This document shows positions 49,517 through 62,151 of a stretch of DNA of 64,000 nucleotides, piece after piece. Source of the DNA: Mobula hypostoma (taxonomy: Eukaryota); contig NC_086109.1 of assembly GCF_963921235.1 (NCBI RefSeq), forward strand, positions 3,288,001-3,352,000, read 5' to 3'. The notes beneath the pieces were generated by a model that was not told the DNA's origin, made no database searches, and saw only the letters and a program-made list of their open reading frames with translations. Each line of letters opens with the position of its first letter. Within the stretch, counting starts at the first letter, position 1. The position numbers were made by a program, and so were the translations under genes.

Positions 49517-51456
49517 GTCAGTGAGAGTGTGTAGCAGAATGTTGTGTGTGAGTAGGGTACAGTCAGTGTGAGTGTGTAGCAGAATGTTGTGTGTGAGTAG
49601 GGTACAGTCAGTGTGAGTGTGTAGCAGAATGTTGTGTGTGAGTAGGGTACAGTCAGTGAGAGTGTGTAGCAGAATGTTGTTTGTGAGTAGAGTACAGTCA
49701 GTGAGAGTGTGTAGCAGAATGTTGTTTGTGAGTAGGGTACAGTCAGTGAGAGTGTGTAGCAGAATGTTGTTTGTGAGTAGGGTACAGTCAGTGAGAGTGT
49801 GTAGCAGAATGTTGTGTGTGAGTAGGGTACAGTCAGTGAGAGTGTGTAGCAGAATGTTGTGTGTGAGTAGGGTACAGTCAGTGTGAGTGTGTAGCAGAAT
49901 GTTGTGTGTGAGTAGGGTACAGTCAGTGTGAGTGTGTAGCAGAATGTTGTGTGTGAGTAGGGTACAGTCAGTGTGAGTGTGTAGCAGAATGTTGTGTGTG
50001 AGTAGGGTACAGTCAGTGTGAGTGTGTAGCAGAATGTGTGTGAGTAGGGTACAGTCAGTGTGAGTGTGTAGCAGAATGTTGTGTGTGAGTAGGGTACAGT
50101 CAGTGTGAGTGTGTAGCAGAATGTTGTGTGTGAGTAGGGTACAGTCAGTGTGAGTGTGTAGCAGAATGTGTGTGAGTAGGGTACAGTCAGTGTGAGTGTG
50201 TAGCAGAATGTTGTGTGTGAGTAGGGTACAGTCAGTGTGAGTGTGTAGCAGAATGTTGTGTGTGAGTAGGGTACAGTCAGTGAGAGTGTGTAGCAGAATG
50301 TTGTTTGTGAGTAGGGTACAGTCAGTGAGAGTGTGTAGCAGAATGTTGTGTGTGAGTAGGGTACAGTCAGTGTGAGTGTGTAGCAGAATGTTGTTTGTGA
50401 GTAGGGTACAGTCAGTGAGAGTGTGTAGCAGAATGTTGTTTGTGAGTAGGGTACAGTCAGTGAGAGTGTGTAGTAGAATGTTGTTTGTGAGTAGGGTACA
50501 GTCAGTGAGAGTGTGTAGCAGAATGTTGTTTGTGAGTAGGGTACAGTCAGTGTGAGTGTGTAGCAGAATGTTGTTTGTGAGTAGGGTACAGTCAGTGAGA
50601 GTGTGTAGCAGAATGTTGTTTGTGAGTAGGGTACAGTCAGTGAGAGTGTGTAGTAGAATGTTGTTTGTGAGTAGGGTACAGTCAGTGAGAGTGTGTAGCA
50701 GAATGTTGTTTGTGAGTAGGGTACAGTCAGTGTGAGTGTGTAGCAGAATGTTGTGTGTGAGTAGGGTACAGTCAGTGAGAGTGTGTAGCAGAATGTTGTG
50801 TGTGAGTAGGGTACAGTCAGTGTGAGTGTGTAGCAGAATGTTGTGTGTGAGTAGGGTACAGTCAGTGTGAGTGTGTAGCAGAATGTTGTGTGTGAGTAGG
50901 GTACAGTCAGTGTGAGTGTGTAGCAGAATGTTGTGTGTGAGTAGGGTACAGTCAGTGTGAGTGTGTAGCAGAATGTGTGTGAGTAGGGTACAGTCAGTGT
51001 GAGTGTGTAGCAGAATGTGTGTGAGTAGGGTACAGTCAGTGTGAGTGCGTAGCAGAATGTTGTGTGTGAGTAGGGTACAGTCAGTGTGAGTGTGTAGCAG
51101 AATGTTGTGTGTGAGTAGGGTACAGTCAGTGAGAGTGTGTAGCAGAATGTTGTGTGTGAGTAGGGTACAGTCAGTGTGAGTGTGTAGCAGAATGTTGTGT
51201 GTGAGTAGGGTACAGTCAGTGAGAGTGTGTAGCAGAATGTTGTTTGTGAGTAGGGTACAGTCAGTGAGAGTGTGTAGCAGAATGTTGTGTGTGAGTAGGG
51301 TACAGTCAGTGAGAGTGTGTAGCAGAATGTTGTTTGTGAGTAGGGTACAGTCAGTGAGAGTGTGTAGCAGAATGTTGTGTGTGAGTAGGGTACAGTCAGT
51401 GAGAGTGTGTAGCAGAATGTTGTGTGTGAGTAGGGTACAGTCAGTGAGAGTGTGTA
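49517..51456. repeat. 45-bp minisatellite, about 43 highly similar copies
   Basis: Unit AGTCAGTG(A/T)GAGTGTGTAGCAGAATGTTGT(G/T)TGTGAGTAGGGTAC; a few 42-bp variants. Confidence 0.97.
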
Positions 51457-52624
51457 GAGTGGATTGCAATGTGTTGTGTACAGAGTGTGTGATTGTGTAG
51501 TCGGGTTCTGTGTGTCATCTGGAGAGGACGATTCTCAGAGTTGTATATTGCATACATACTTAGATAATAAATATGCCTTGAACCTTGAGTGCGGAATGTG
51601 AGCTGCCAGAGGAAGTGGCTGAGCTGAGGCAGGAACAATAGTGTCATTTAATAAGCAATTGGACAGATACGTGGTGGGTAGGGCCTGGGCAGATGTGGGC
51701 TAAACGCGGGGAAAAAGGGGCTAACTGTGTAAGCACACTGGTTAGCATGGAATGGATGGGCTGAAGAGTCGGTATCCTTTTCTCTTGCTCTATGGTACTA
51801 AAACTCTAGTGTACAGAGTAAGTGTGTGGGTGAAGGGCTGCAAGGAAAAGTCAGGGTTCTGCTGGCTACTAAGTGTGACACCAATGGTGTAATGGAGGGG
51901 ATTTTCATTAGGAATAGTCAGCATGGCTTTGTGTGTGGGAGTATCTTGAAGAGGTGACCAAGAGCACTGGTAAGGAGAGGGTGGAAAACTCAGCTGTGAT
52001 CTGGTGATGACCGTGTGGAGCTTGTCACTCTCCCTGTGACCACAGCGTTTCCCCGATACTCCAATTCCGGCTCACATTCCAAAGATATATGGCTGGATGA
52101 GTTAATTTAGTAACATCCCCTCGTACAGATGTGGTTAAAAGTCTGGTTAGGCCACATTTGAATATTGTGTTCAATGCTGGTCACCCTGTTACAGGAAGGG
52201 TGTGCATGTTTTGGAGAGGGTGCAGAAGGGGTTTACCAGGATGCTCCCTACAAATTATATGGAGCCTGGACAGGCAGTACCATTCTCCCAGGAATGAAAT
52301 GTCTAATACCGAAAGGCACGTGTCTAAGGAGAAAGGGGAAAGGTACAAACAGAAGGTTTTTTTCACACAGAGAGTGCTGTAAGCTGGAATTCACTGCTAG
52401 TGGTGGTGATAGAGGCAGATACATTTAAGAAATTCTTAGAAAGACTCAGAAAAATGCAGAGAAGGGTGGTTCGCTGTTCTCTCTTTTATGGTCAACATGT
52501 GGGGAAGAAGGATTGGTTCAATTAGGAAGCTGTGGTTTATCTAACCTGGCACGGGCACCACAGCCAAAGAGCATGTCCCGTGTTGCTCTGTTCAAGTAGT
52601 ACTGAAATCACTCAAGTCCAGCTT

Positions 52625-53000
52625 GATGTTCTCTTACGGGGCCCTTAATGGAGAATGCCTGCACATGACTTTGTTTAACGAGGGCTGGCTAATGCATGGG
52701 CAGCCACTACGTGGTCCTTGACATATCAGGTTCAGGGTCCAGTGACGCGGAATGCAAGACGACTGGGGTCCCTTCCCTGCTGCAGCCTTCCTCCACCTTC
52801 ACTGCCTTGTGACGTGTCGCCATCTTCACCCAGCTCCACCGGTGAGGTCCTGGCTAGGTCGCTCTTTGATAGGGATCGTCCTCTTGACCTCACCACCATG
52901 GTTGACCCTGCTAGGAGCCAAGCCCCAGACAGCATTGTTCTCAGGATCTTAGGAACTAACAGGTCTCTTCACCCTGACGAGGTGACAATCCTTGGAGAGG
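52625..53000 (-). mobile_element. RTE-related non-autonomous element (family B)
   Basis: Homologous to 32530-32895; CCATGGTTGACCCTGCTAGGAGC...CCAGACAGCAT is the reverse complement of an RTE-type 5' UTR motif. Confidence 0.65.
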
Positions 53001-53012
53001 TGTATGGTTATT

Positions 53013-53929
53013 CACTCAGTAACCACTTTGTAAGATACCTCCTGTACCTAATGAAGAGGCAAATGAGTGCATGTAAGTGGTCTTCTGCTGCTGAAGTGCA
53101 TCTATTTCAAGGTTCTTGTGCTTTTCTGATCACCACTATTGTAACACATAGTTTCTCCTTCCAGAAGAAAAATTTTCTTCCTCCCTCTTCCCTCCTCTTC
53201 TATTCCCCACTCTGGCCTCTTACTTCTTCTCACCTGACCATCACCTCCCACTGGATCTCCTCCTCCTTCCCTTTCTCCTATCGTCCTCTCTCCTCTCCTA
53301 CCACATTCTATCATCTCCAACCCTTTACCATTCCTACGCACCTGGCTTCGTCTATCACCTTCGAGCTATCTTCCTTCCCCCACCCAACTTTTTATTCTGG
53401 CGTCTCCCCTCCCCCCCACTTCATTTCCAGTCCTAAAGAAGGGTCTCTTCTGGAAACATCAACTCTTTATTAGTTGCTATAGATGTTGCCTGCCCTGCTG
53501 AGCTCTTCCCCCATTTTGTGTGTTGATTTGGGTTACTTTCACCTGCCTACCAAATGGAACCAGTCTGGCCATTCTCCACTGACCTCACCCATTAACAACA
53601 CAATTTTTCCCATAGAACTGCTGCTCACTAGAAGTTTTTTGATTCTCACACCATTCTCTGTAAACTCTAAAAACTGTTGTTTGTGAAAATCCCAGGAGAT
53701 CAACATCTTCTGAGATACTCAAACCACCCCATCTGACACCAAAAATCATTCCACAGTCAAAGTCATGAACATCATTTTTCTTCCCCATCTGATATTTGGT
53801 CTGAACAACAACTGGACCTCTTGACAAAGTCTGCATGCTTTAATACATTGAGTTGCTGCCACACATGATTGACTGATTTGATATTGGTATTAATGAGTAG
53901 GTGTAACTCCTACAGTGGCCACAAAGTGT
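53013..53929 (-). mobile_element. Tc1-like DNA transposon relic with a nested Penelope 3' fragment (about 53150-53530)
   Basis: MGKKNDVHDFDCGMIFGVRWGGLSISEDVDLLGFSQTTVFRVYREW (Tc1 N-terminal HTH); degenerate TIRs CACTCAGTAACCACTTT and AGTGGCCACAAAGTG-TA. Confidence 0.8.
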
Positions 53930-56014
53930 ACGTTATATAGGTCAGTGGTAGAATCTGGAGGGGCTGATGAACAGTATTTGAATCTGTGAGCAGTATCAAA
54001 AAGGAGTAAAGTAGGACCTGGGGTTAAGGGTTAGCATAGATTTGAAGACCCGAATGGCCTGTTCCTGAGCTGTATCTCTGTCACTCTGTTAACCATTTCC
54101 AACAGAGCCGGGACACATTCAATCACAGGTTCAATTTCTAGCTCAAGTTTAATTGTCATTCAACCCTACATGAATATCCATGAATACAGCCAAACGAAAC
54201 AATGTTTCTCCGGAGCCAAGGTACAAAAAAGAGCACCAACAATCATACACAGCACAAAGCACATATTGCACATATCAGTAAAATGCAGTCGCAAAAATCT
54301 AGCAACATTCTGAAAATGAACCCAAAATGGCTTCACAAACAAGAGAAATTCTGCAGATGCTGGAAAGCAAAGTAATACACACAAAATGCTGAGACCCTCG
54401 ATTGTTTACTCTCTTCCATAAATGCTGCCTGACTTGCTGAGTCACAATCAGCGTTTTCTGTATATTACAATGCGGCTTGTCTTCTGCCAGGGGAGCACTG
54501 GGGACAATATCAACTCCAGCCACACTGCGTCCAGTGGAGCACACCGACTCCGACGCCTCTCTGCTGGGCAGCTGTAAACAGACAACACTGTGGCTTCAGG
54601 CCCAGTCCACACTACCACCAAGGTCACACAGCTCCCCCGCTGCCGGCCAATAAATCAGTGAATCGACCTTGCAGCATTCCACATTTACATTGTCCAACAG
54701 GGTCTTACGACGATCGCTCGCTGTTAGCCTGCACACCTCATCGCGCAATGACTCCTCCGATGCCTCTCTGATGCAGGCATGATTCACGTCCAGCCCAGCC
54801 CCTCCAGCTTCTCAACCAACAAGCCGCGATAGTCACGCACAAATTTCGGGGACCTTTAAACAAAGCTGTACAAAGAGCTAATTATACAAAACCACAATAA
54901 TTATTTTTAATCCAAATAAGAAAACGCCTAGGTGACATCTGGGGTTAGTACTCAGATCTTTACTGCATCTCTGAATATTTGACCTGCTGGAACCATGAAG
55001 CGGCTAACATTTGGGGTGTTAGAGCCTGTATTACTGACAGCTTTGGGAAATGTATTTCAGATTGTCACATGTTATTATAGAGAGTTATACAACTGTGATT
55101 GATGTCTGAGGAGAGAGCCAGCCTTGCCATTAATGCTTACATCTTTCTGCCTGTTGAAGAGCACAGACTCTTCAGCACCATAGCGTTAAATAAAAACTGC
55201 ACCCCCCCCCCCACCACCATCTCTGGCCCCCAGCCAAGTGAATTGGCCTTAAAAATCCCGACTGACAGATGAAGCGAGAGAGGTGCCTCAAACTGCCAAG
55301 GGCTCAGTGCACTAATTGTTTGGGATATTTTACTTGTCGGTCTGCACTCGGAGAGAGAGAGAGGGAGCGAGGGAGACGCAACACCCAAAGCCCTTTTAAC
55401 TCTCAGACAATCTGAGCAATTTTTGGACTGTGCATGGACCAGCTTTTTTGATAAAGACACAACAGCTCGATAACACAGCAGCCATAGAGGAAACAAAATG
55501 TGGCTCTTTCACTCTCTGAAGCCTGAAGGAATCAATCATCTCTCCGCATCACATAATGCCGGGGTTAGCATTTTCCAGCTCATTCACACACACCACTTCC
55601 ACTCAAGCCGTTATGGCTTTCTGCACCATCACCATGTTAGATGATAATTATAAATACCTCCAGAGCTGGAGGCAGGAAGGCCAGGGAAGCAGAGTGCATG
55701 CTCCCTTTCCACGTCTGAGTGCACACAGATCTGCAGCACATCATTCCCAATGTCACACCACTTTGATTCATGTTCTGATTTCCATACCCAGCATGGTGCT
55801 AACTGTAGGTTGATAATATTAACATACTGCATTCTTCATTCACCTGAGCACTTTAGTAATGAGGAGTGAAGCCTCCAGACAAGTGCAGGCTAGCTCCATG
55901 TCAGAATGATACAGCCATCAAGGTAACCTTGTTAGACTTCCAGCTCGGTGGTGTCTTAGAAACCGGTTTGTTGCAAAGGTTGGGGTGAGTGTTAAACTTA
56001 CCAATGGACAATCA

Positions 56015-56145
56015 AGAAACACAAGAGATCCTGCAGATACTGAGAAGTCCAGAGTAACACACACACAGAATGCTGGAGGAACTCAACAGGTCAGGCAGCA
56101 TCCACGGTGAGTCGACGTTTCGGGCCAAGGACATTCATCAGGACA
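56015..56145 (-). mobile_element. Penelope terminal fragment with hammerhead motif (56110-56144)
   Basis: Minus strand GUC-CUGAUGA-AUGUCCUUGGCCC-GAAA-CG-UC-GAC; stem II degenerate. Confidence 0.7.
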
Positions 56146-56556
56146 TGCATGGGTGGTCTATGCTGGCCTTGTCCGCGAATGGATACAAAATACACCGAAG
56201 TTTATACTGATGTCCTACTTGTAACGGGTTACATTCAACTCAATGGATGACAATAGATTCATATGGCATAGAAACACACAGACAGTTAGGCACCCCCAGT
56301 CCGTTTGTTCATAGAACAGGGAACGGCACAGGAACAGGCACCTCAGCCCTCGATGTTATGCCAATCTAATGTAGTTAATGAACTTCAGTTAAGCGAATCC
56401 ATTCTGCCTGCACAAAGTCCATCTTCCTCCATCCCTTGCCCATCTAAAAGCCTCTTTTTATTTATTTGTTTGTTTGTTTGTTTATTTATTTATTTATTGG
56501 GATAAAGCACGGAATGGGTCCTTCCACCCCTTGAGAGCCTAGCAACCCCCGCTTTA

Positions 56557-57141
56557 CTACTACTACGTCAACTCAGGCCTAGGGGGCCGGCGTCGGGCAC
56601 GATGACAGACTCTCCACTTCTCCCTCTCCCTCATCAGTGTGTTCAGTTCATCTACATTAGCCGCGCCGCTGTCTTCTAGGAGCGTGTTGACCATAGTCTT
56701 GGGAGGGCACCCAGGGTTCATCTTCCCGTGCTTGGGCTCCCATATGATGACTAGGCTGGCAGGTAGCTCGGGGTGGCGTAGACAGTGCCCCGCTAGTTGC
56801 AGTCTTTTCGCCTCGATTTTAGTGGTGAGCATCGGTAGGTCGTTATAGAGCTTGACGTTCGTCATGTGCTGTTGCCAACTCACGTCAAGAGCCATCCAGA
56901 GCATTCGTGTATAGCAACCATCTAGAGACTTTCGCATAGTCTTGGTGAGTGTCCACGTCTCGCATCCATACATGAGAATGGACTCTATGACTGCTATGAA
57001 AATCCTCTTTTTAAGCCCTCTGGTCAGGTTCGACTTCCAGATTTCCTTCATGTCGTTCATAGCCCTCCACGCCTTCTATATCTTTATGTCCTTCTCCAAA
57101 CTCATCATTCTTCACCCAAGATACTTGTAGTCAAAGTACTT
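56557..57141 (-). mobile_element. RTEX/RTE-clade LINE 3' fragment inserted in a V-SINE
   Basis: KYLG...KKRIFIAVIESILMYGCETWTLT...LDGCYTRML...RLQLAGHCLRHPE; (GTA)n tail; TSD GCTTTA at 56551-56556 and 57142-57147. Confidence 0.88.
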
Positions 57142-57147
57142 GCTTTA

Positions 57148-57345
57148 ATCCTAGTCTAATTACGGGAAAATTTACAATGACCAACTAACCTACCAACCAG
57201 CACATCTTCGGACAGTGGGAGGAAACCAGAGCACCCGGAGGAAACCCACACAGTCACGGGCAGAATGTACAAACTCCTTGCAGACAGCAGCAGGAATTGA
57301 ACCCAGATCATTGGTGTTATGCTAACCTCCATGTTACCATGCCTC
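57148..57345 (-). mobile_element. V-SINE (HE1-like), 5' part; its 3' part lies at about 56455-56550
   Basis: GGGAGGAAACCAGAGCACCCGGAGGAAACCCACACAGTCACGGGCAGAATGTACAAACTCC (reverse V-domain), B box GGTTCAATTCC. Confidence 0.8.
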
Positions 57346-57624
57346 CCCTAAATCCCTCTATGTTGTTTGCTTCCACCAGCATTCCAAGTCGTGCATTCCG
57401 GGCACCCACTGTTCTCCGTGTAAAAAAAAACTTCCCTAACACATCTCATTTAAAATTTCCCCCTTCAATTCAAGTGCCTGCTCTTGGTCTTAGACACTTC
57501 AATCCCAGGAAGAAGATACCAGCTGTCGACTTTATCTCTCTGTTGCATAATTTTACAAACTTCTTCCTTGTATGCATTTAAACATTTACAGCATTAGATG
57601 TTAAAAGACAATGCTGTTGTTAGA

Positions 57625-57793
57625 CAATGTCCTGACGAAGGGTCTCGGCCTGAAACGTCGACTGTACCTCTTCCTAGAGATGCTGCCTAGCCTGCTGCAT
57701 TCACCAGCAACTTTGATGTGTGTGGCTTGAATTTCCAGCTTCTGCAGATTTCCTCGTATTTGTGTTTTTAAAAAAAGCAACTTTGATGTATGT
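57625..57793 (+). mobile_element. Penelope pLTR insertion starting at an intact minimal hammerhead (57629-57662)
   Basis: GUC-CUGACGA-AGG(GUCUCGG)CCU-GAAA-CG-UC-GAC; 13-bp TSD TGCTGTTGTTAGA at 57612-57624 and 57794-57806. Confidence 0.88.
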
Positions 57794-58597
57794 TGCTGTT
57801 GTTAGAATTGTCAGGAGTAAGTCAGCCATTCAGCTGCTGCTGTGGAGTATGAAGCCTGATCCAGCCCCACTTTCCAGCCAATCTCCAAATCACTGAGTCC
57901 CCAGGCGTCCACAGCTTATTGGCCTCGTCACTGGAGCTTCTGTGTCTCTCTGCAATACAGAATTCGGAAGGCTGCCCACCCTTTGAGGAAAAGGTTTCTG
58001 AATGCCCCTGTTCTGCAACCTGTGACCCAGACTATCCTGCCCGAGGGTGCCAGCGCTCACACCCACCCTGTCACTGCCTATCAGAGTGGCACATCTCAAC
58101 CAGCAGCTGATGAGAACAAAAGGAGAACTGACAACTCTCCGGTTTCACACGCAGCTCGCAGTTACATTAATTTCATCAACGTTAATTAATATTGTAAGAT
58201 GAGTCCTGGAATAAGGTGTCTGCAGAAAAGTTGTAACTATTGATAATTGCTCCTGTTTCCACTTGGTTAGCTAGCTAATGACCTGGTTCAGCTGATTGCT
58301 AACTTAGATCTTTACTCTCTCTGGGCCCACAGATTTTGGGGCTTGCTCCATGAGGAAATTTTTCAGATGTTAAATTTGAACATTACGCCAACTTAGAATC
58401 ATACAGTCATAGAGCACAGCACAGAAATAGGCCCAATGGCCCATCTCGTGCATGTTGGCTCGGTTTGCTGACTAGTGCCATGTAACAGCATCCAGACCAT
58501 TACCCTTCCTACCTTTCTCCTTTATGCTTACTTCATCAATTGTATTTCATAATGAAATAGTACTAGATTTACTGAGGTTCCAAGGTTGTCAAGCCGA

Positions 58598-59165
58598 GGA
58601 GTGGTAGTGGGGACAAGCTCCCACTACCTAAAAGTGCTCCTCACGGCATGCGCCTCAAATAGTCTCTGACAACCAGGTCCAACTCCTGGCCTTCTCGTGT
58701 GGCTTAGCCTCTAAGCCCGGCGGAACTGTTTCTACTGACAGGAGAATGGGCGAAGGCGGGTCCTGGCACCTTAAAACCAGTGCTTCGGGTTGATGGAGTT
58801 CATCAGCCTGGGAAGGCAGTCCATCTAAGAGAGGGAAAGCTCTGATTTCAAACCTCCGCTGCCTTGCGGCCATACCCACTCATAGGAAAGGCTTCGGGAG
58901 TAAACCCTGAGGACAAATCCAGAGTTGGAGTCCCTAAGGCAGTCCGACGTTGCCTTCAACCTCGTTCTGGCAACTCCTGCGGCGACACCGGTGCCAAGCT
59001 GTGTCGGCCTTTGCCCTTCCCTTGGACAACATCAGTGGTGTGGACAGGGGAGACTTGCTGCATGGGCAACTGCCGATCTTCCATACAACCTTGCCCAGGA
59101 CTGTGCCCTGGAGAGGATACTCCAGGCGCAGATCTATGGTGTCACGAGGCTAACAGATGCCACCA
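58598..59165 (+). mobile_element. RTE-related non-autonomous element (family C)
   Basis: Contains TCTAAGAGAGGGAAAGCTCTGATTTCAAACC, resembling an RTE 5' UTR motif; 3' 180 nt shared with the SINE at 9605-9862. Confidence 0.6.
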
Positions 59166-59554
59166 AGATTTACTGAAACTATTTAAGACTGACATATTCA
59201 AAGTTAAAAGTTCAAAGTAAATTTATTATCAAAGTGCATATGTGTCACCATATACAACCCTGAGATTCAGTTTCTTGCAGGCATTAAACCTAAATATTAA
59301 AAAACACAGTAAAATCAATGAAAATCCATGCACAACAAAGATGGGACAAACAGCCAGCATGCAAAGGATAACAAATTGTGCAAATACAAAAAGAGAGAAA
59401 AAATAATAATGAGAAATCAATAAGCAATAAGTGCTGAGAATATTATTTGCATGTAGAGTCCTTGAAAGTGATTCCGAGGTTGTGAAATCAGTTTAATGTT
59501 GAGATGAATGGCGTTGAGTGAAGTTATCCACTCTGGTTCAAAAAACTGACAAAG

Positions 59555-60277
59555 GAACAGTTCCCTGATCAAGACACACAGATGCTCCCTGATCGAGACA
59601 CACAAGAGCCTGCAGATTTTCCCTGAACCAGAGACACATGAAACTGCAAATATTTCTTGATTGAGAGACACAAAAAAATGGCAGATGTTCCCTGATCCAG
59701 AGACACAGGATTGCAAGTGTTCCCTGATCGAGAGAGACAAGAAACTGCTGATGTTCCCTGATCCAGAGATACAGGACCTGTAGATGTTTGCAGACCCAGA
59801 GATGCAAGAGATGGCTGATGTTTCCTGATCCAGAGACATTAAAGAATCCAGATATTCACTGGTCCAGAGACACTAGTCACTCCAGATGTTCCCTGATTGA
59901 GAGGCACAAGAGACAGCAGATGTTCCTGATCCAGTGACTCCAGATGTTCCCTGTTCGAGAGACACAAGAGACGGCAGATGTTTCCTGACCCAGAGGCACA
60001 AAAGACTGCAGATGTTCAAGAGACAAAAGTGACTGCAGATGTTCCATGATGGAGAGGGACAAGAAATGGCAGACGTTTCCTGATCCAGAGACACAAGAGA
60101 CAGCAGATTTTCCCTGATCCAGGAGCATAAGAGATTGTAAGTGTTCCCTGATGGAGATACACAAAAGACAACAGATCTTCCCTGTTTGAGAGGCACAAAA
60201 GACAGCAGATGTTCCCTATTCCAGAGACACAAGGGATGGTAGACATTCCCTGATCCAGAGACACAAGAGATGGCAGA
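59555..60277. repeat. Degenerate ~34-bp minisatellite, about 20 copies
   Basis: Unit approximately GATGTTCCCTGATCCAGAGACACAAGAGATGGCA. Confidence 0.9.
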
Positions 60278-61269
60278 CAACAACCAATCTGCTGGAGGAA
60301 CTCAGTGGGTCAGGCATCATTTACGGAAGGAACAGAGGCAGGAAGATCTAAAGCAGCTAGAGACATGAAGAAATAGTCTGCACGAACTTGAGAGTAGAGT
60401 GGGATTGGTGGTGCAGGTGGTGAAGTTGGTGTACTGTATGACTGCAGGAACCATCACCAATGCGGACATCGATGTCCGGGAGAAATAGTGGCAAGTGGTA
60501 CTGAGGAAGGTTTGGAAGACTGACAGCTGAAAAACAACAGAAAAGATAGGAATACCTGGGGTTCATGGCTATAAGAATCAAAAGAGAAATGCCTCAGTTA
60601 AGAGCACATTTAGCCAGGGGGATGAGAAGTTTGGTGGAGAGAAAATGGGTTGATCTTTGTTGTAGAAAGAGGGGGTGTGCTTAAAACTTCCTGATGGTGA
60701 CTGGAGGTATATAGAGACTGGGCATCAAAAGTGACAGTGGCGGGGGGGGGGGGGGAGGAGTAGGGATTTTTACCTGAAAGATCATTCCTCCCCCCCCACC
60801 CCCACTTAGGGAGTTCCTTCTGCAGATTGTTTGCTGCTCCCTGTAGAAAACCCTGGGTTATTGATGGACAATGGCAGATTTAATGGTAGCATTTTTCAAA
60901 CCAAATTAAATTCAAGGTACAGAGGAGAGCAGGAAACTGTAAGAGTATTTTAAATTGAGATAGAGGGCTCAGTGTGGCTGTGAAAAGATGACTGTACTTT
61001 CATTCATTTTAAACCTCTGGGAACCAATTCCGTCCATGAACCAGACGGGGTGAAGGGAAATAGGAAAGAGTAATTTAAAACACTTATTTTTAAAATAAGT
61101 CTGAGTCCAAGAAGCATTAAGAAATGATGTGGCACGTATTTTTTAGAACAATATACAGTGTTCGCTGAGAGCAAACCCTGCAGGATTCTGACTTTGGTAA
61201 ATACAGGACTTTAATGAGGCATGGACAATATTTGAAGTTTTAAAAAAATTCAATCCATTTAGTTACCAG

Positions 61270-61690
61270 CATGCTTTCTGGATTAGGGAGCATGTCTTAG
61301 TAGGAGAGGGTGGGCCAGTTTGGACTGAAGGAAGAGGAGGGGTGACTCGATAGAGCTGTATGAGATGATTAAAGGCATTGATGGGGTGGATAGCCAGAGA
61401 CCTTTTCCCAGGCCAGAAATGGCATAATGTTAATGTGATTGGAGGAACGTATAAGGTGATATCAGAGGTAGGTGTTTTACACAGGGAGTGGTGAGTGTGT
61501 GGAACACACTGCCAGGGCTGGTGGTAGAGGCAGATACATTAGGGACAATTAGGAGCCTTTTACATAGTCACTTGGATGATTGAGAAATGGAGGGATATGT
61601 ACTGTAGGTAGGAAGCATTAAATTGATCTTGAAGTAGATTACAAGTTCAGTTGAAGGGACTGTACCGTGCTGTACTGTTCTATGTTCTAT
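61270..61690 (+). mobile_element. CR1 LINE 3' fragment
   Basis: TTTTACACAGGGAGTGGTGAGTGTGTGGAACACACTGCCAGGGCTGGTGGTAGAGGCAGATACA; GTGCTGTACTGTTCTATGTTCTAT tail. Confidence 0.8.
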
Positions 61691-62151
61691 AAGCTGAATA
61701 AATTAAGTGAAGGCATTGTTCATACGATTTGAGGAACTGACAGACATCATTTATTGAACAATTAACATGTGACAGAATTTCATATAATGATTAAACGTGA
61801 TTCAGTTGAGATGGAACCAGAGTCTTAATTTTCAATAAACCAAAGTTGAAGGGGATGAGGCGGGAGCTGGTGTTGGTAGATTGGAAAAAGATGTAAAAAT
61901 ATATGACAGTGAGAGGACACAAGAGATTCTGCAGATGCTGGAAATCTAGAGGAACACCCTAAAGATACAGAGAGTAACATGCAGAACATCCAGAGTAATA
62001 TACAACAAACCCAGAGTCACAACAGTCTGCATAAAGAGTCAATGTTTCGGGCCGAGACCCATCATTATCTCTCAGCCCAAATCGCCGACTCTGTATTCCT
62101 TCCTATAGAGTCACCTGACCGACTGAGTTCCTCCAGCATTTTGTGTGTCCA

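Noticed and set aside
49430..51469. 679-aa ORF, or a CRISPR-like array
   Set aside because: Head-to-tail 45-bp minisatellite with no unique spacers, no cas genes and no ATG start
52718..53473. 251-aa ORF
   Set aside because: Chance read-through across an RTE element, a Tc1 TIR and a Penelope pyrimidine tract
58640..58770. Possible HDV-like ribozyme (TTCTCGT loop, GGGCGAA)
   Set aside because: Could not build consistent P1 and P2 helices by eye
59555..60277. CRISPR-like repeat
   Set aside because: Units are contiguous and degenerate without unique spacers; eukaryotic context
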